In this document: positions 7,977 through 18,124 of the stretch, piece after piece
Position numbering within the stretch: the first letter of the stretch is position 1
Layout: each line of letters starts with the position of its first letter
Assembly (NCBI GenBank): GCA_041691135.1
Contig: JBEPVF010000001.1
Coordinates: 1-64,000 of the forward strand
Origin: Candidatus Peribacteria bacterium
GTDB lineage: Bacteria; Patescibacteriota; Gracilibacteria; Peribacterales; Peribacteraceae
Direction: 5' to 3'
Length of the DNA stretch: 64,000 bases
Notes under the pieces: generated by a model
What the model saw: the letters and a program-made list of their open reading frames with translations, nothing else
Databases searched by the model: none
What the model was told of the DNA's origin: nothing
Translations under genes and position numbers: made by a program

Positions 7977-9914
7977 ATGAATATGAAAAAACCGCCAAAA
8001 CTCTCTGGCCAGTCATTCAACCCACAAGAGGCCTTATTAGGCCTTCTAAAGGAAAAATGCCCTGAAGCCTTCAGTGATGGGAAAATTGATGTAAAAAAAC
8101 TCAAAGCAACCCTTGGGGAGTCCGTTGATGTAAATGGTGAACGCTACGGTCTATCGTGGGCTGGAAAAAATGATTGTTTCAGGCATATTCAGGAACCGAC
8201 AACGGCAACCCTTAAGCCATTGCGACAGAAGTCCGTTGATTTCGATGGAACTAAAAATATCTTTATTGAGGGTGATAATTTACAGGCATTAAAAATTCTT
8301 CAGAAATCCTACTATGGTCAGGTTAAAACTATTTATATAGACCCTCCATATAATACGGGCAGTGATAGCTTTATCTATCCTGACCGTTTTCAGGAGTCAA
8401 AGGAAGAATATATGGAACGTATCGGTCAGAAGGAAGAAGGACACCTAACGCGTGACGGAATGTGGCAGAAAAACAGTAAGGACAATGGTCATTATCATAG
8501 TAATTGGCTTTCAATGATGTTTCCGCGACTGTTCCTAGCACGGAACCTCTTACGGCAAGATGGTGTTATTTTTGTTAGCATTGATGACCATGAGGTACAA
8601 AATTTAAAAATGATAATGGATGAAGTTTTTGGTCCTGACAATTGGGTTGGAACAATCGTTTGGAACAATGTTACTGACAACAACCCAACGAATATTGCTA
8701 TCGAACATGAATATATCCATTGTTACGCACGCAACAAATCAAGCCTAGAATCAGTTTGGAAATCCCGTTCTTCAGATGTTAAGGAAATGCTTGTAAAAGT
8801 TGGTACTGAATTGACGAAAAAATATAAAGACTCAGGAGGATTAGCAGATGCTTATCAAAAGTGGTTTAAGCAAAATAAAGACTATTTATGGCCTCTAGAT
8901 AGGTACAAATATATTGATAATGGTGGTGTTTATACAGGTAGCCAGAGTGTGCATAACCCTGGCAGAGAAGGCTACAGATATGACGTATTACATCCAGTTA
9001 CCAAAAAACCAACTAAGCAGCCTCTTATGGGCTATAGATTTCCCGAAGAGACAATGAAAAAACTTTTAGAGGAAGGTAAGATTTTATTTGGAGAGGATGA
9101 AAACAAGATTATTGAATTGAAAGTCTATGCTAGTGAATATGAAGACAAACTACCTAGTATCTTAACGTTAGATGGCAGGTTGGGGGCTTACGAATTAAGA
9201 GATTTATTTACTGGATACAAGAAACTTTTTGATAATCCAAAACCCACAGCAGTAGTCAAACAATTGCTTAGTTTTAATACGGGTGGAAATGATTTGATTT
9301 TAGATTTCTTTGCGGGTTCAGGAACCACTGCCGATGCGGTGATGCAATTGAATTCGGAAGACAAAGGTCAACGCAGGTGTATTTCGGTTCAACTACCCGA
9401 AGAGTGCGAGAAAGATAGTGAGGCAATGCAGGCTGGCTTTAAAACTATTGCAGATATAGCAATGGAACGGATTCGTCGTGCAGGAAAGAAATTTGCAAAT
9501 ACTGACGCTGGCTTTAAAACTTTTGTTGTTGACGATAGTAACTTCAAAATATGGCGTTCTGACTTGAAGGGTCCAGACGAATTGGCAGCACAAATGGAAA
9601 TGTTTATAGACAACGTAAAAAAGGAAAGTACGCAGGAAAATGTTCTATGTGAGTTAATGCTGAAAACAGGCTTAGACCTAAATACGTCAGTACAAAAAAT
9701 AGAAAGCAAGACTGGTGCTTATTTCAAGCTAAACGGTGGTAAATTGATTGTATGCATTCAGGAAGGCATTACTGAAGCATTGGCCGACAAGATATTAACT
9801 GAGAAGCCAGATAAATTTATCTGCTTGGATAAAGCATTCGAGAGTAATGACCAGTTAAAGACAAACGTATTGCTTCAGATGGAACAGGCAGGTGTTGATT
9901 TCCTTGTAATTTAA
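7977..9914 (+). CDS. mod: type III R-M methyltransferase subunit
   Basis: IEGDNL..LK, YIDPPYNTG, DFFAGSGTT, ERIRRA; followed by res. Confidence 0.95.
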   Translation: MNMKKPPKLSGQSFNPQEALLGLLKEKCPEAFSDGKIDVKKLKATLGESVDVNGERYGLSWAGKNDCFRHIQEPTTATLKPLRQKSVDFDGTKNIFIEGDNLQALKILQKSYYGQVKTIYIDPPYNTGSDSFIYPDRFQESKEEYMERIGQKEEGHLTRDGMWQKNSKDNGHYHSNWLSMMFPRLFLARNLLRQDGVIFVSIDDHEVQNLKMIMDEVFGPDNWVGTIVWNNVTDNNPTNIAIEHEYIHCYARNKSSLESVWKSRSSDVKEMLVKVGTELTKKYKDSGGLADAYQKWFKQNKDYLWPLDRYKYIDNGGVYTGSQSVHNPGREGYRYDVLHPVTKKPTKQPLMGYRFPEETMKKLLEEGKILFGEDENKIIELKVYASEYEDKLPSILTLDGRLGAYELRDLFTGYKKLFDNPKPTAVVKQLLSFNTGGNDLILDFFAGSGTTADAVMQLNSEDKGQRRCISVQLPEECEKDSEAMQAGFKTIADIAMERIRRAGKKFANTDAGFKTFVVDDSNFKIWRSDLKGPDELAAQMEMFIDNVKKESTQENVLCELMLKTGLDLNTSVQKIESKTGAYFKLNGGKLIVCIQEGITEALADKILTEKPDKFICLDKAFESNDQLKTNVLLQMEQAGVDFLVI

Positions 9915-9915
9915 A

Positions 9916-11607
9916 ATGCTTAAAGAAATTTACATCAGTAATTTTCGGTCAATAAAAGAGTTGCATTTGCAGCCGAAAAATCTTTGTGCCCTTATAGGGG
10001 CTAACAGTGCTGGTAAATCCAATATTCTTAAAGCTATTGATTTGGTATTAGGTGAAGGCTGGGCGACTAAAGCTAAAGTGGCTAAGGAACTATTTTATGA
10101 CTTGTCTCAGCCAATAGAAATTCATATTAGTCTTTTGGAGTCAATTCCTTGGCAGTACTACGGTAGGAACGTGCAAGTAAACAAAATTACTTTGCATATG
10201 ACTTATGCACCACTGTCTTGTGAAGTGCGTCTTTGGTCTAATCATCCAAGTGACAATAGTGGTAAGGGTTATTATTTAAACGATGAATTTAAGAAGTCCT
10301 GTCACTTTATCTATGTGCCTTCGATTCGAAGGCTAGAAGCACAGATGTATGTTTCCAATTGGACTCTATTAGGAAAACTAATGCGTACAATTTATGAAGA
10401 ATATGTACGTCATTACGATAATGATGAAGATAGGCTGAAATCTGAGTTTAAAACAATAATGCAGCCCCCAAAGGAGTTTTTGGAAGCAGATTTTGACCAA
10501 AATAAAATTACATTTGCTAGATTCAGCAGTGTTTTCATACGCCACTGTCAGGCAAATAGTGCAGGGCTGGCAGATGGCTTTATGCCCAACCTTAATATCT
10601 ACAATCCAAATTGGTTCTATAAAACACTTCAGATATGTATCCAAGAAGACTCTTCAGATAAAGTATTTGATGCTGAAGAAGTAGGTTCAGGGATGCAAAA
10701 TTTAATTTTACTTTCTATCTTTCAGACTTACGCTGAACTTGTAGGCGGACGGGCGATATTGGCTATAGAAGAACCAGAGTTATTTCTCTACCCGCAGGCA
10801 CAAAGGCATCTTTACAAAAGTTTTAGAGAACTTACAAAAAACTCGGTTGATGATAGTACTGGTGAAATTAGCAGAAAAGGCACCCAAATTTTTTACACGA
10901 CACATAACCCCAATTTTGTTGATGCCCAAAGGGCAGACGAAATCGAATTAATAGCAAAAAATCGAGAAACTGGAACGCATATCTTAGAAAAAAGTGAATT
11001 AATTACATCAGAATTTTTGAAACAGGCACAATTCGCTACTTACACGCACTTCAATACGGAAAGAAATGAATTGTTTTTTGCTAAGAAAATTTTATTAGTC
11101 GAGGGTGCAAGCGACAAAATTTTGTTTGCAACTTTATGCAAAGAAAAATGGGGTATTGATACTGACAAGACAGGAATTTCTATTATTGAGTGTGGCGGAA
11201 AATTAGGCGTATTGTTTTTTATAGGGGTATGCCGACTATCGGGAATTGAAAAGTTTTTTGCAGTTTGGGATAGTGATAATGATTCCTCAGAAGAAGTTAG
11301 AGATGAACATAGCCAATTTCAGTATACCACTGAAAATGGTAGGGGGCTGCAAATAGCAGGCACTCTTGAACAATTCCTGCAAACTAAATTCCCTGCTTCC
11401 TTGTTTAGGGCAAAATATAAAGTTAAGGATGCTTATGATTGGGCATGTACCGTAGTTGTTGAAGAAATACCTATTGAGTTTGATGGGGTCAGGAATTTTC
11501 TTGGTTCTGAAGCCGCCTCCACTCCTGAAGAGGAAACACAAGTAGAGGAAGTAGTGACCACAGTTGCTTATTCAAGTGATATTAGAATCGAAGACTTACC
11601 ATTCTAA
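9916..11607 (+). CDS. OLD-family ATP-dependent nuclease (ABC ATPase + TOPRIM)
   Basis: ISNFRSI, GANSAGKS, GSG signature, IEEPELFLYP, TTH, FFAKKILLVEGASD, D.D TOPRIM motif. Confidence 0.92.
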   Translation: MLKEIYISNFRSIKELHLQPKNLCALIGANSAGKSNILKAIDLVLGEGWATKAKVAKELFYDLSQPIEIHISLLESIPWQYYGRNVQVNKITLHMTYAPLSCEVRLWSNHPSDNSGKGYYLNDEFKKSCHFIYVPSIRRLEAQMYVSNWTLLGKLMRTIYEEYVRHYDNDEDRLKSEFKTIMQPPKEFLEADFDQNKITFARFSSVFIRHCQANSAGLADGFMPNLNIYNPNWFYKTLQICIQEDSSDKVFDAEEVGSGMQNLILLSIFQTYAELVGGRAILAIEEPELFLYPQAQRHLYKSFRELTKNSVDDSTGEISRKGTQIFYTTHNPNFVDAQRADEIELIAKNRETGTHILEKSELITSEFLKQAQFATYTHFNTERNELFFAKKILLVEGASDKILFATLCKEKWGIDTDKTGISIIECGGKLGVLFFIGVCRLSGIEKFFAVWDSDNDSSEEVRDEHSQFQYTTENGRGLQIAGTLEQFLQTKFPASLFRAKYKVKDAYDWACTVVVEEIPIEFDGVRNFLGSEAASTPEEETQVEEVVTTVAYSSDIRIEDLPF

Positions 11608-11608
11608 A

Positions 11609-14296
11609 ATGAAGCTTCACTTTGACCCAAATCAGGCATATCAATTGGACGCAATCAATGCGATTGTGGACGTTTTCAGAGGGCAGCCGCTTGAAAAGGG
11701 CGACTTCGCCGTGGAAATGAAGCAGCCCGACGGCCAAATGAAAATTGAGGGTGATTTAGCTATTGGTAATTGTCTTCAGCTAGACCAAAGCACGATTGTC
11801 CAAAACTTGAATGCTATTCAGGAAAGAAATGGTGTGGAGAAAACAATGGTTCCAGTTGGATTCGTACAGCCCTTTAATGCCCCGATGAAACAGACTGCTA
11901 TCTGGAAAGAAGGTATGAATTTCTCCGTAGAGATGGAGACAGGGACAGGAAAGACGTATGTATATCTTCGCACCATTCACGAATTGCATCGCACCTATGG
12001 CTTCAGAAAATTTGTCATCGTTGTTCCCAGTGTCGCTATCAAAGAGGGTGTTATGAAGAATCTAGAAATCACCAAGGAACACTTCGGACTGCTGTTTGGG
12101 AACCCTGAAATGGATTTCTATGTGTACGACTCAAAGAAGCGCGGATTACTTCGTCAGTTCGCCACAACGAATGCCCTGCAAATCCTCGTCATCAATATTG
12201 ATTCCTTCGCCAAAGAAGACACGAATATCATCTACCAGAAAAGCGACTGGGGAGTACCTATTCGTTATGTACAGGGCGTAAGGCCGATTGTGATTGTGGA
12301 TGAACCCCAGAATATGGAAACGGACATACGTAAGAAGGCCATAGAAAATCTGCATCCCCTTTGCACTCTGCGCTACAGCGCAACCCACAAATACCATTAC
12401 AACTTGGTCTACAAGCTTGACCCTGTGAAAGCCTACGACTTGGGACTGGTGAAGAAAATTGAAGTGGATAGCGTGGTGACTGCGGATAACTTCAATGCCG
12501 CATTCGCACAACTCAAAGCTGTCACTAGCAAAAAAATGACGGTTACAGCAAAGCTGGCCATTGATGTTGCGGCAGATAGTGGTGTGAAACGAAAAGACGT
12601 TACAGTTCGAGTTGGGGCAGACCTCTACACGCTTTCAGAGAATCGTGACGTGTACCGTGACGGCTTTATCGTGGAGGAGATAGACGTGACAGGCCAGTTC
12701 ATTCGTTTCAGTAATGGCCAGCAGCTTTCCGTAGGACAGACTCAGGGGGAACTCACGGATGATGTTCAAAAGTTTCAGTTGAAGAAGGCTATCCAAAATC
12801 ATTTGGAGAAGGAACGGAAGATGGCAGGAATGGGTATTAAGGTGCTTACACTGTTCTTTATTGACCGAGTATCGAATTACCGTAGTTACGAGGCCGACAC
12901 ATTGAAGAAGGGCAAATTTGCAGTCTGGTTCGAGGAATTGTGCCGCGAGATGCTTACTCGGCCTCAATACAAAGGATTACTGCAATCCGACCTGACGGCG
13001 GTGCATAACGGCTATTTTTCCGAGGATAAGAAAGGTAACTGGAAGGATACGCGTGGTGATACTCAGGCCGACGACGACACTTACAGTTTAATTATGAGGG
13101 ACAAGGAAAAACTATTGTCACTCGATACGCCCCTGCGATTCATCTTCAGCCACTCGGCATTACGAGAAGGCTGGGATAACCCGAATGTCTTTCAAATTTG
13201 TACGCTGAACGAAAGCACTTCGGAGATGAAAAAGCGTCAGGAAATCGGACGTGGATTGCGCTTGCCTGTGAATCAGGAGGGCAACCGCATATTTGATGAG
13301 AATATCAACGTACTCACGGTAGTGGCCAACGAAAGCTACGACGATTTCGCCAGAAAGCTGCAAACCGAAATTGAGGACGACTGCGGTGTGGACTTCACTG
13401 GTCGTATCAAGAAAAAAGAAGATAAGCGTAAGGTAACGCTTCGCAAGGGCTATCAACTCGATGCAAATTTTAAAGACTTGTGGGAGAGGATTAAGCACAA
13501 AACTCGCTATAAGGTTCAGTACTCCACGGATGGCCTTGTAGAGAGTGCGGGACAAACTCTCTCAGAAATCACGGTAACGCCTCCGCGTATTCGTTCTGTG
13601 CGCGTTCAACTAGGCATGTCATCTGAAGGAATTGAAGCCAAATTACTTTCGGCTGATGAAAAATTGGTGCAAGTAGAGATTAATGCGGTTCCAGATATTC
13701 TTGGGGGCATTCAGGGTAAAACCAAACTTAGCAGAGATACGATTTTTAGAATTATTAAACGTTCGGGAAAACTCAAAGAAATCCTAAAGAATCCGCAACA
13801 ATTCATGGACAGTGCGGCAACCATCATCACAACCACCATGAAGAAACTGATGGTGGATGGAATCAAATATGAAAAGCTAGCAGGACAAGAATGGGCAATG
13901 CGTTTATTTGAAAATGAGGAATTAGAGGCATACTTGTCAGATTTATACACAGTTCAACAGCCTAAAAAAACTCTATGGGATTATCTTCAGGTGGATTCCA
14001 CCGTGGAAAGCACCTTCGCCAAAGACTTAGAAAGCCGCGAAGATGTGCAGTTCTTCATCAAGTTGCCGTGGTGGTTCAAGATTGAAACTCCCATTGGGGG
14101 CTACAATCCCGACTGGGCAATTGTCTTTGAAAACGATAAGCGCGTGTATTTTGTGGCTGAAACCAAATCATCACTTAATGCAGATGACTTGAGAGTGCAG
14201 GAGGAATTGAAAATACAATGTGGTGCGAGGCATTTCGCCACCATGGACGACGTAAAATTTCAGAAAGTGACAAAACTAAGTGAAATCATTCTCTGA
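11609..14296 (+). CDS. res: type III R-M restriction subunit (helicase-nuclease)
   Basis: VEMETGTGKTYVYL, DEPQ, LRYSATH, ALREGWDNPNVFQIC, QEIGRGLRL, YNPDW..AETK; start reset to the ATG at 11609. Confidence 0.96.
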   Translation: MKLHFDPNQAYQLDAINAIVDVFRGQPLEKGDFAVEMKQPDGQMKIEGDLAIGNCLQLDQSTIVQNLNAIQERNGVEKTMVPVGFVQPFNAPMKQTAIWKEGMNFSVEMETGTGKTYVYLRTIHELHRTYGFRKFVIVVPSVAIKEGVMKNLEITKEHFGLLFGNPEMDFYVYDSKKRGLLRQFATTNALQILVINIDSFAKEDTNIIYQKSDWGVPIRYVQGVRPIVIVDEPQNMETDIRKKAIENLHPLCTLRYSATHKYHYNLVYKLDPVKAYDLGLVKKIEVDSVVTADNFNAAFAQLKAVTSKKMTVTAKLAIDVAADSGVKRKDVTVRVGADLYTLSENRDVYRDGFIVEEIDVTGQFIRFSNGQQLSVGQTQGELTDDVQKFQLKKAIQNHLEKERKMAGMGIKVLTLFFIDRVSNYRSYEADTLKKGKFAVWFEELCREMLTRPQYKGLLQSDLTAVHNGYFSEDKKGNWKDTRGDTQADDDTYSLIMRDKEKLLSLDTPLRFIFSHSALREGWDNPNVFQICTLNESTSEMKKRQEIGRGLRLPVNQEGNRIFDENINVLTVVANESYDDFARKLQTEIEDDCGVDFTGRIKKKEDKRKVTLRKGYQLDANFKDLWERIKHKTRYKVQYSTDGLVESAGQTLSEITVTPPRIRSVRVQLGMSSEGIEAKLLSADEKLVQVEINAVPDILGGIQGKTKLSRDTIFRIIKRSGKLKEILKNPQQFMDSAATIITTTMKKLMVDGIKYEKLAGQEWAMRLFENEELEAYLSDLYTVQQPKKTLWDYLQVDSTVESTFAKDLESREDVQFFIKLPWWFKIETPIGGYNPDWAIVFENDKRVYFVAETKSSLNADDLRVQEELKIQCGARHFATMDDVKFQKVTKLSEIIL

Positions 14297-14527
14297 TTTG
14301 TAGGCATCACACAAACGCTATCGAATCCCTACAATACCCTTTACGGGATTTAAATTTCCAGGACATACATTTTACTGTGAGTACAACGTCAGGGGCGCCT
14401 CAATTGAAGCTAGGGGCATACAGGGGCATGTCCAATAGTAAGGCATAAAGCTGTGACGGGGTTTAGGGTAGTTCAGTTGTGAATTTCGCGTTTGTACACG
14501 AGGACAAGCAAGCTATTCTGGGTTGCA

Positions 14528-16051
14528 ATGTACATAACAGCGTCGATTCTTTACGATTACCTGTGCTGTCCGCATCGCGTTTGGAGAGATAGGTACGGCC
14601 CCCAAGATGAAAAAATACAAGAAACAAACCCTTTTGTTTCATTGCTTTGGGAAAGAGGCGTAAGGCATGAGAAAGAAATGGTAATGAAATTGGGTGAATT
14701 AGTGGATATTAGCAAAGGTTCAATCGAGGAACGCATCGCCCAGACGACAGAGGCCATGAAGAATGACACGCCGCTTATCTATCAGGGTGTCATCATGTAC
14801 GGCGACTTGCTGGGCATCCCTGACTTGCTGCGAAAGTTACCTGATGGTTTCTATGTACCTGTGGATATTAAATCAGGGTCAGGAATGGAAGGCGCGGACG
14901 AAGAGGTGGGAGAAGAAGGAAAACCTAAAAAACACTATGCGGTTCAACTCTGCTTGTACGTCGAAGTGCTTTGCCGTCTGGGGTTTGCAAAAGAGAAGCG
15001 CGGCATCATTTTGGACATAGACAGACAAGAGGTGGAATACATCCTCGACCAACCGCGAGGAAAAAAGTCCCCTGAGACGTGGTGGGATTTATACGAAGAT
15101 TTGAAAGAAGAAGTGAAACCGCTTCTTCAGGGGACGAAGAAAAATAAGCCCGCGATGGCTGGGTGCTGCAAGCTGTGTCCGTGGTTCAACAGTTGCAAGA
15201 AATGGTGCAAAGAATCTGATGACCTCACATCGTTGCCTGGACTTGGGCGAAGCAGAAGGGACACGATTAACGATGATTTGAAGATTGAAACCGTAACCCA
15301 GCTTATCTCTCTTGATGTCCAAACAGTGCTGGAAAGGAAAAAGAAGGAGAAAGTGTTTATGAGTGGGATAGCGGAGAAAACGCTTACCAGCTTCCTAAAA
15401 CGTGCAACGATTTTCAAAGTAACCCAGAAGCCCGTTCTGTATCAGCCTGTTACCTTTCCAGTCGTCTCAACGGAGTTGTTTTTTGACATTGAAGACGACC
15501 CGACACAGGAATTTGTCTATCTGCATGGCGTTTATGAAAGAAAAGGGAAGGAGGAGAAATTTTATTCTTTTGTGGCTAAAGACCAGACTTCAGAGGCGGA
15601 AGAAGCATCTTGGAAAGATTTTTGGAACTATATCTGGTCGCTTCCGAAGGATGATTACGCGGTGTATTACTATTCTCATCACGAAAAGACGACGTACACG
15701 CGCATGAGAAAGAAGTACCCAACTGTTATTGATGAAAACACTCTCAATGCGTTTTTTGAGAATCCCAATGTCATTGACCTGTATTCGGCAGTTGTGAGGC
15801 CATTCACCGACTGGCCGCTGTGGAGTTATTCGCTGAAAGAAATAGCACAGTATCTTGGTTTCAAATGGAGAGATGAAACCCCGTCAGGCGCACTTTCGAT
15901 TCAATGGTTTAACGATTACATGGAAACAAAGGACGAAAGTATTTTGAAAAGAATTCTTGAATACAACGAGGATGACTGCAAAGCCACAATGGTTTTGAAG
16001 GATGGTTTGGCTAAATTGGCTTTGGAAACTGTCAAAGTGCCAATAAAATGA
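14528..16051 (+). CDS. TM0106-family RecB-like nuclease with RNase H-like domain
   Basis: CPHR, GIPDLL..PVDIK, QLCLY, C..CPW...C, FFDIE, YSLK, YNEDDC. Confidence 0.88.
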   Translation: MYITASILYDYLCCPHRVWRDRYGPQDEKIQETNPFVSLLWERGVRHEKEMVMKLGELVDISKGSIEERIAQTTEAMKNDTPLIYQGVIMYGDLLGIPDLLRKLPDGFYVPVDIKSGSGMEGADEEVGEEGKPKKHYAVQLCLYVEVLCRLGFAKEKRGIILDIDRQEVEYILDQPRGKKSPETWWDLYEDLKEEVKPLLQGTKKNKPAMAGCCKLCPWFNSCKKWCKESDDLTSLPGLGRSRRDTINDDLKIETVTQLISLDVQTVLERKKKEKVFMSGIAEKTLTSFLKRATIFKVTQKPVLYQPVTFPVVSTELFFDIEDDPTQEFVYLHGVYERKGKEEKFYSFVAKDQTSEAEEASWKDFWNYIWSLPKDDYAVYYYSHHEKTTYTRMRKKYPTVIDENTLNAFFENPNVIDLYSAVVRPFTDWPLWSYSLKEIAQYLGFKWRDETPSGALSIQWFNDYMETKDESILKRILEYNEDDCKATMVLKDGLAKLALETVKVPIK

Positions 16052-16111
16052 TTTCAGAATCGCGAAATTGCTTTTGAAAAGCAGTCGAAAGACATTATTA
16101 TAAAAGTGCAA

Positions 16112-16345
16112 ATGTCCAAAACTCCTACACCAAAGACTAAATCATTTTGTGTTATTGGTGCTGTCCAATATGAGATGCTTGAAACGCACGAAAAAAACTT
16201 TCAAATTGCAAGCTGGTTCCATCGCCATTGTTCGCATTCAGAGGACAACCCCGAATTGGAACAGGTGATGCTAGATAAGACGCGACCGAATGGTTACCAC
16301 GAAGACGGCGACAAAATTTATGTCCTTTCACGTATGCCAAAATGA
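16112..16345 (+). CDS. small hypothetical protein translationally coupled to LSR-A
   Basis: ATGA overlap with the integrase start at 16342. Confidence 0.5.
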   Translation: MSKTPTPKTKSFCVIGAVQYEMLETHEKNFQIASWFHRHCSHSEDNPELEQVMLDKTRPNGYHEDGDKIYVLSRMPK

Positions 16346-18123
16346 AAGATAGCAGAATTGAGTTTCGTGCTGTGGGGTACATTAGAGAATCCACCAGAAC
16401 CCAAACTGTTGGAGGCTATCGTGCGGGTTATCAGAAAGAGAGAATTGAAGGTTATTGTAGAAAGCATGGTTTTAAACTTGTGAAAATGTTTGAGGATTCA
16501 GGGAGTGGGAAAGATGTCAGACATAGGCCTAACTTTGAGATGATGCTTGCCTATGCGAAAGCAAATGATATTCAGTTTATCGTTGTTGAAGACATCAACA
16601 GGTTTTACCGCGAGTTTAAAGATGGCATGGACTTAGAAAAAAAGCTTTACGATGAAAACGACATCATTGCAATCGACCCTGAGGATTACAACCCGCGTGA
16701 ATACAAGGAATCAGGATTCAGCCCCCAAGCGTGGCGGCAACGCGCACATCGTCGCGTGGATGCTGAGGGAGAAAGAAGGGACATAATCGAAAGAGTGACT
16801 CAGGGGTATCAAAAGAAAAAAGACGGCCAGATGTACGTTGGGCCGCTGCCTTATGCTGTTGAGTGGGTTGACCCTGATTTCCCAAAATACATCAGGTATA
16901 AAAAACATGAAGGCAAGGTGGTGCAGGAAATTTTTAACTTGTACATGACTGGAATGGGCTGCACTGCGATTGCCAAACAGCTAAACGAGAAAGGCTACGT
17001 CATCGAGGAAGGTAAAAGAGTTGAATTGACACGTAAGAGTGGCCTTCCCTATTTCAAGCGCATCACAAAAAACGTACCTTTTACGTTTGACCGTATCCGC
17101 CATATTTTAAGTAATAAAACCTACATTGGTCGCCAAAACACAGGCACTTCGCTACGTTTGTTTACACTCGATGCAAACGACGAAGAGGTCTTAATATCGC
17201 CATTAATTGATGATGATACTTTCAGTAAGGCGAGGGAACAATTAAAGATAAATCGACGTGGCAAAAACCCTAACAATAAAAATAGTAGACAGACAAACCG
17301 TGTTTATCTCTTTCAGGGCATCGTGAGACACGCCGATTGTGGTAGCCCAATGTACGGGGTTCCTGAAAAGTTACGCAACGGCGAAGTTACAAGGCGATAT
17401 CAATGTTCTGCGAGTAAACAGGGGACATGTAATGCTAGGCTGAAGTCACTACGTGCTGATGAAGTTGAATCCCAAATAATTGAGTTATTAAAAGAGATAA
17501 AATTAAAGAGTATTGGGGAAATAGAGTCTGAGTTACGGGAGATTATTAAAATTACCGCAGCCGAGTTAAGCAGGCCACAATCGTTTGAAAATCTAACTCT
17601 TGCCGACAAGGCCGAATTAAAATCTTTAAAAGACGCATTGGGTAATGCTTATGATTGGTTGCTTGCCGAACAAAAGACGGTCATGGAGGAAAGACTGCAA
17701 AAAATTGAACAGAAAGCTAAGGACAAAAGCGTTGAAATGCTTAGGTACTACGATTTCCAAGAGATGAGGCGTATGTTTGTTGACTTATCACAATCATTCA
17801 CCGACCTTCAAAATCTCGCTGCCCGTCAGGAATTACTCAGTATCTTGTTTCAGAAAGTTTTGATTGGGAAGCCGTTGCCCAAGCAACCACATGAACATGC
17901 CAAGGCATTTCACTGGATGAAAGGCGCGGTAGCCGATTATGAGGCATTCAGGGATGCAACAAAGCTAAAAACATTGTTACGACAATTCACGCCCATGCTT
18001 TTTGAGGAGATTCATGTTGGTGACGGCGATGAAGATTCACCAATTAAGAAGGTAATCTTTAAGCCCACAGGGCTATTCCTGTTGATGACTGATGGAGTTC
18101 GTAACTCTAAAAAAAAGAGTTGA
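16342..18123 (+). CDS. large serine recombinase/integrase of island A (LSR-A)
   Basis: YIREST catalytic motif, RP.FE.ML, N..YIG, HADCGSPM...YQC...C zinc ribbon, coiled coil; abuts attR-A. Confidence 0.92.
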   Translation: MKDSRIEFRAVGYIRESTRTQTVGGYRAGYQKERIEGYCRKHGFKLVKMFEDSGSGKDVRHRPNFEMMLAYAKANDIQFIVVEDINRFYREFKDGMDLEKKLYDENDIIAIDPEDYNPREYKESGFSPQAWRQRAHRRVDAEGERRDIIERVTQGYQKKKDGQMYVGPLPYAVEWVDPDFPKYIRYKKHEGKVVQEIFNLYMTGMGCTAIAKQLNEKGYVIEEGKRVELTRKSGLPYFKRITKNVPFTFDRIRHILSNKTYIGRQNTGTSLRLFTLDANDEEVLISPLIDDDTFSKAREQLKINRRGKNPNNKNSRQTNRVYLFQGIVRHADCGSPMYGVPEKLRNGEVTRRYQCSASKQGTCNARLKSLRADEVESQIIELLKEIKLKSIGEIESELREIIKITAAELSRPQSFENLTLADKAELKSLKDALGNAYDWLLAEQKTVMEERLQKIEQKAKDKSVEMLRYYDFQEMRRMFVDLSQSFTDLQNLAARQELLSILFQKVLIGKPLPKQPHEHAKAFHWMKGAVADYEAFRDATKLKTLLRQFTPMLFEEIHVGDGDEDSPIKKVIFKPTGLFLLMTDGVRNSKKKS

Positions 18124-18124
18124 G

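Noticed and set aside
9916-11607. Gabija, retron or PARIS system
   Set aside because: No UvrD helicase, reverse transcriptase or separate partner gene is adjacent; the neighbours are type III mod and res.
14528-16051. Cas4 gene or CRISPR-Cas locus
   Set aside because: No cas1/cas2 or repeat-spacer array is visible in the window; the domain layout fits the TM0106 family.
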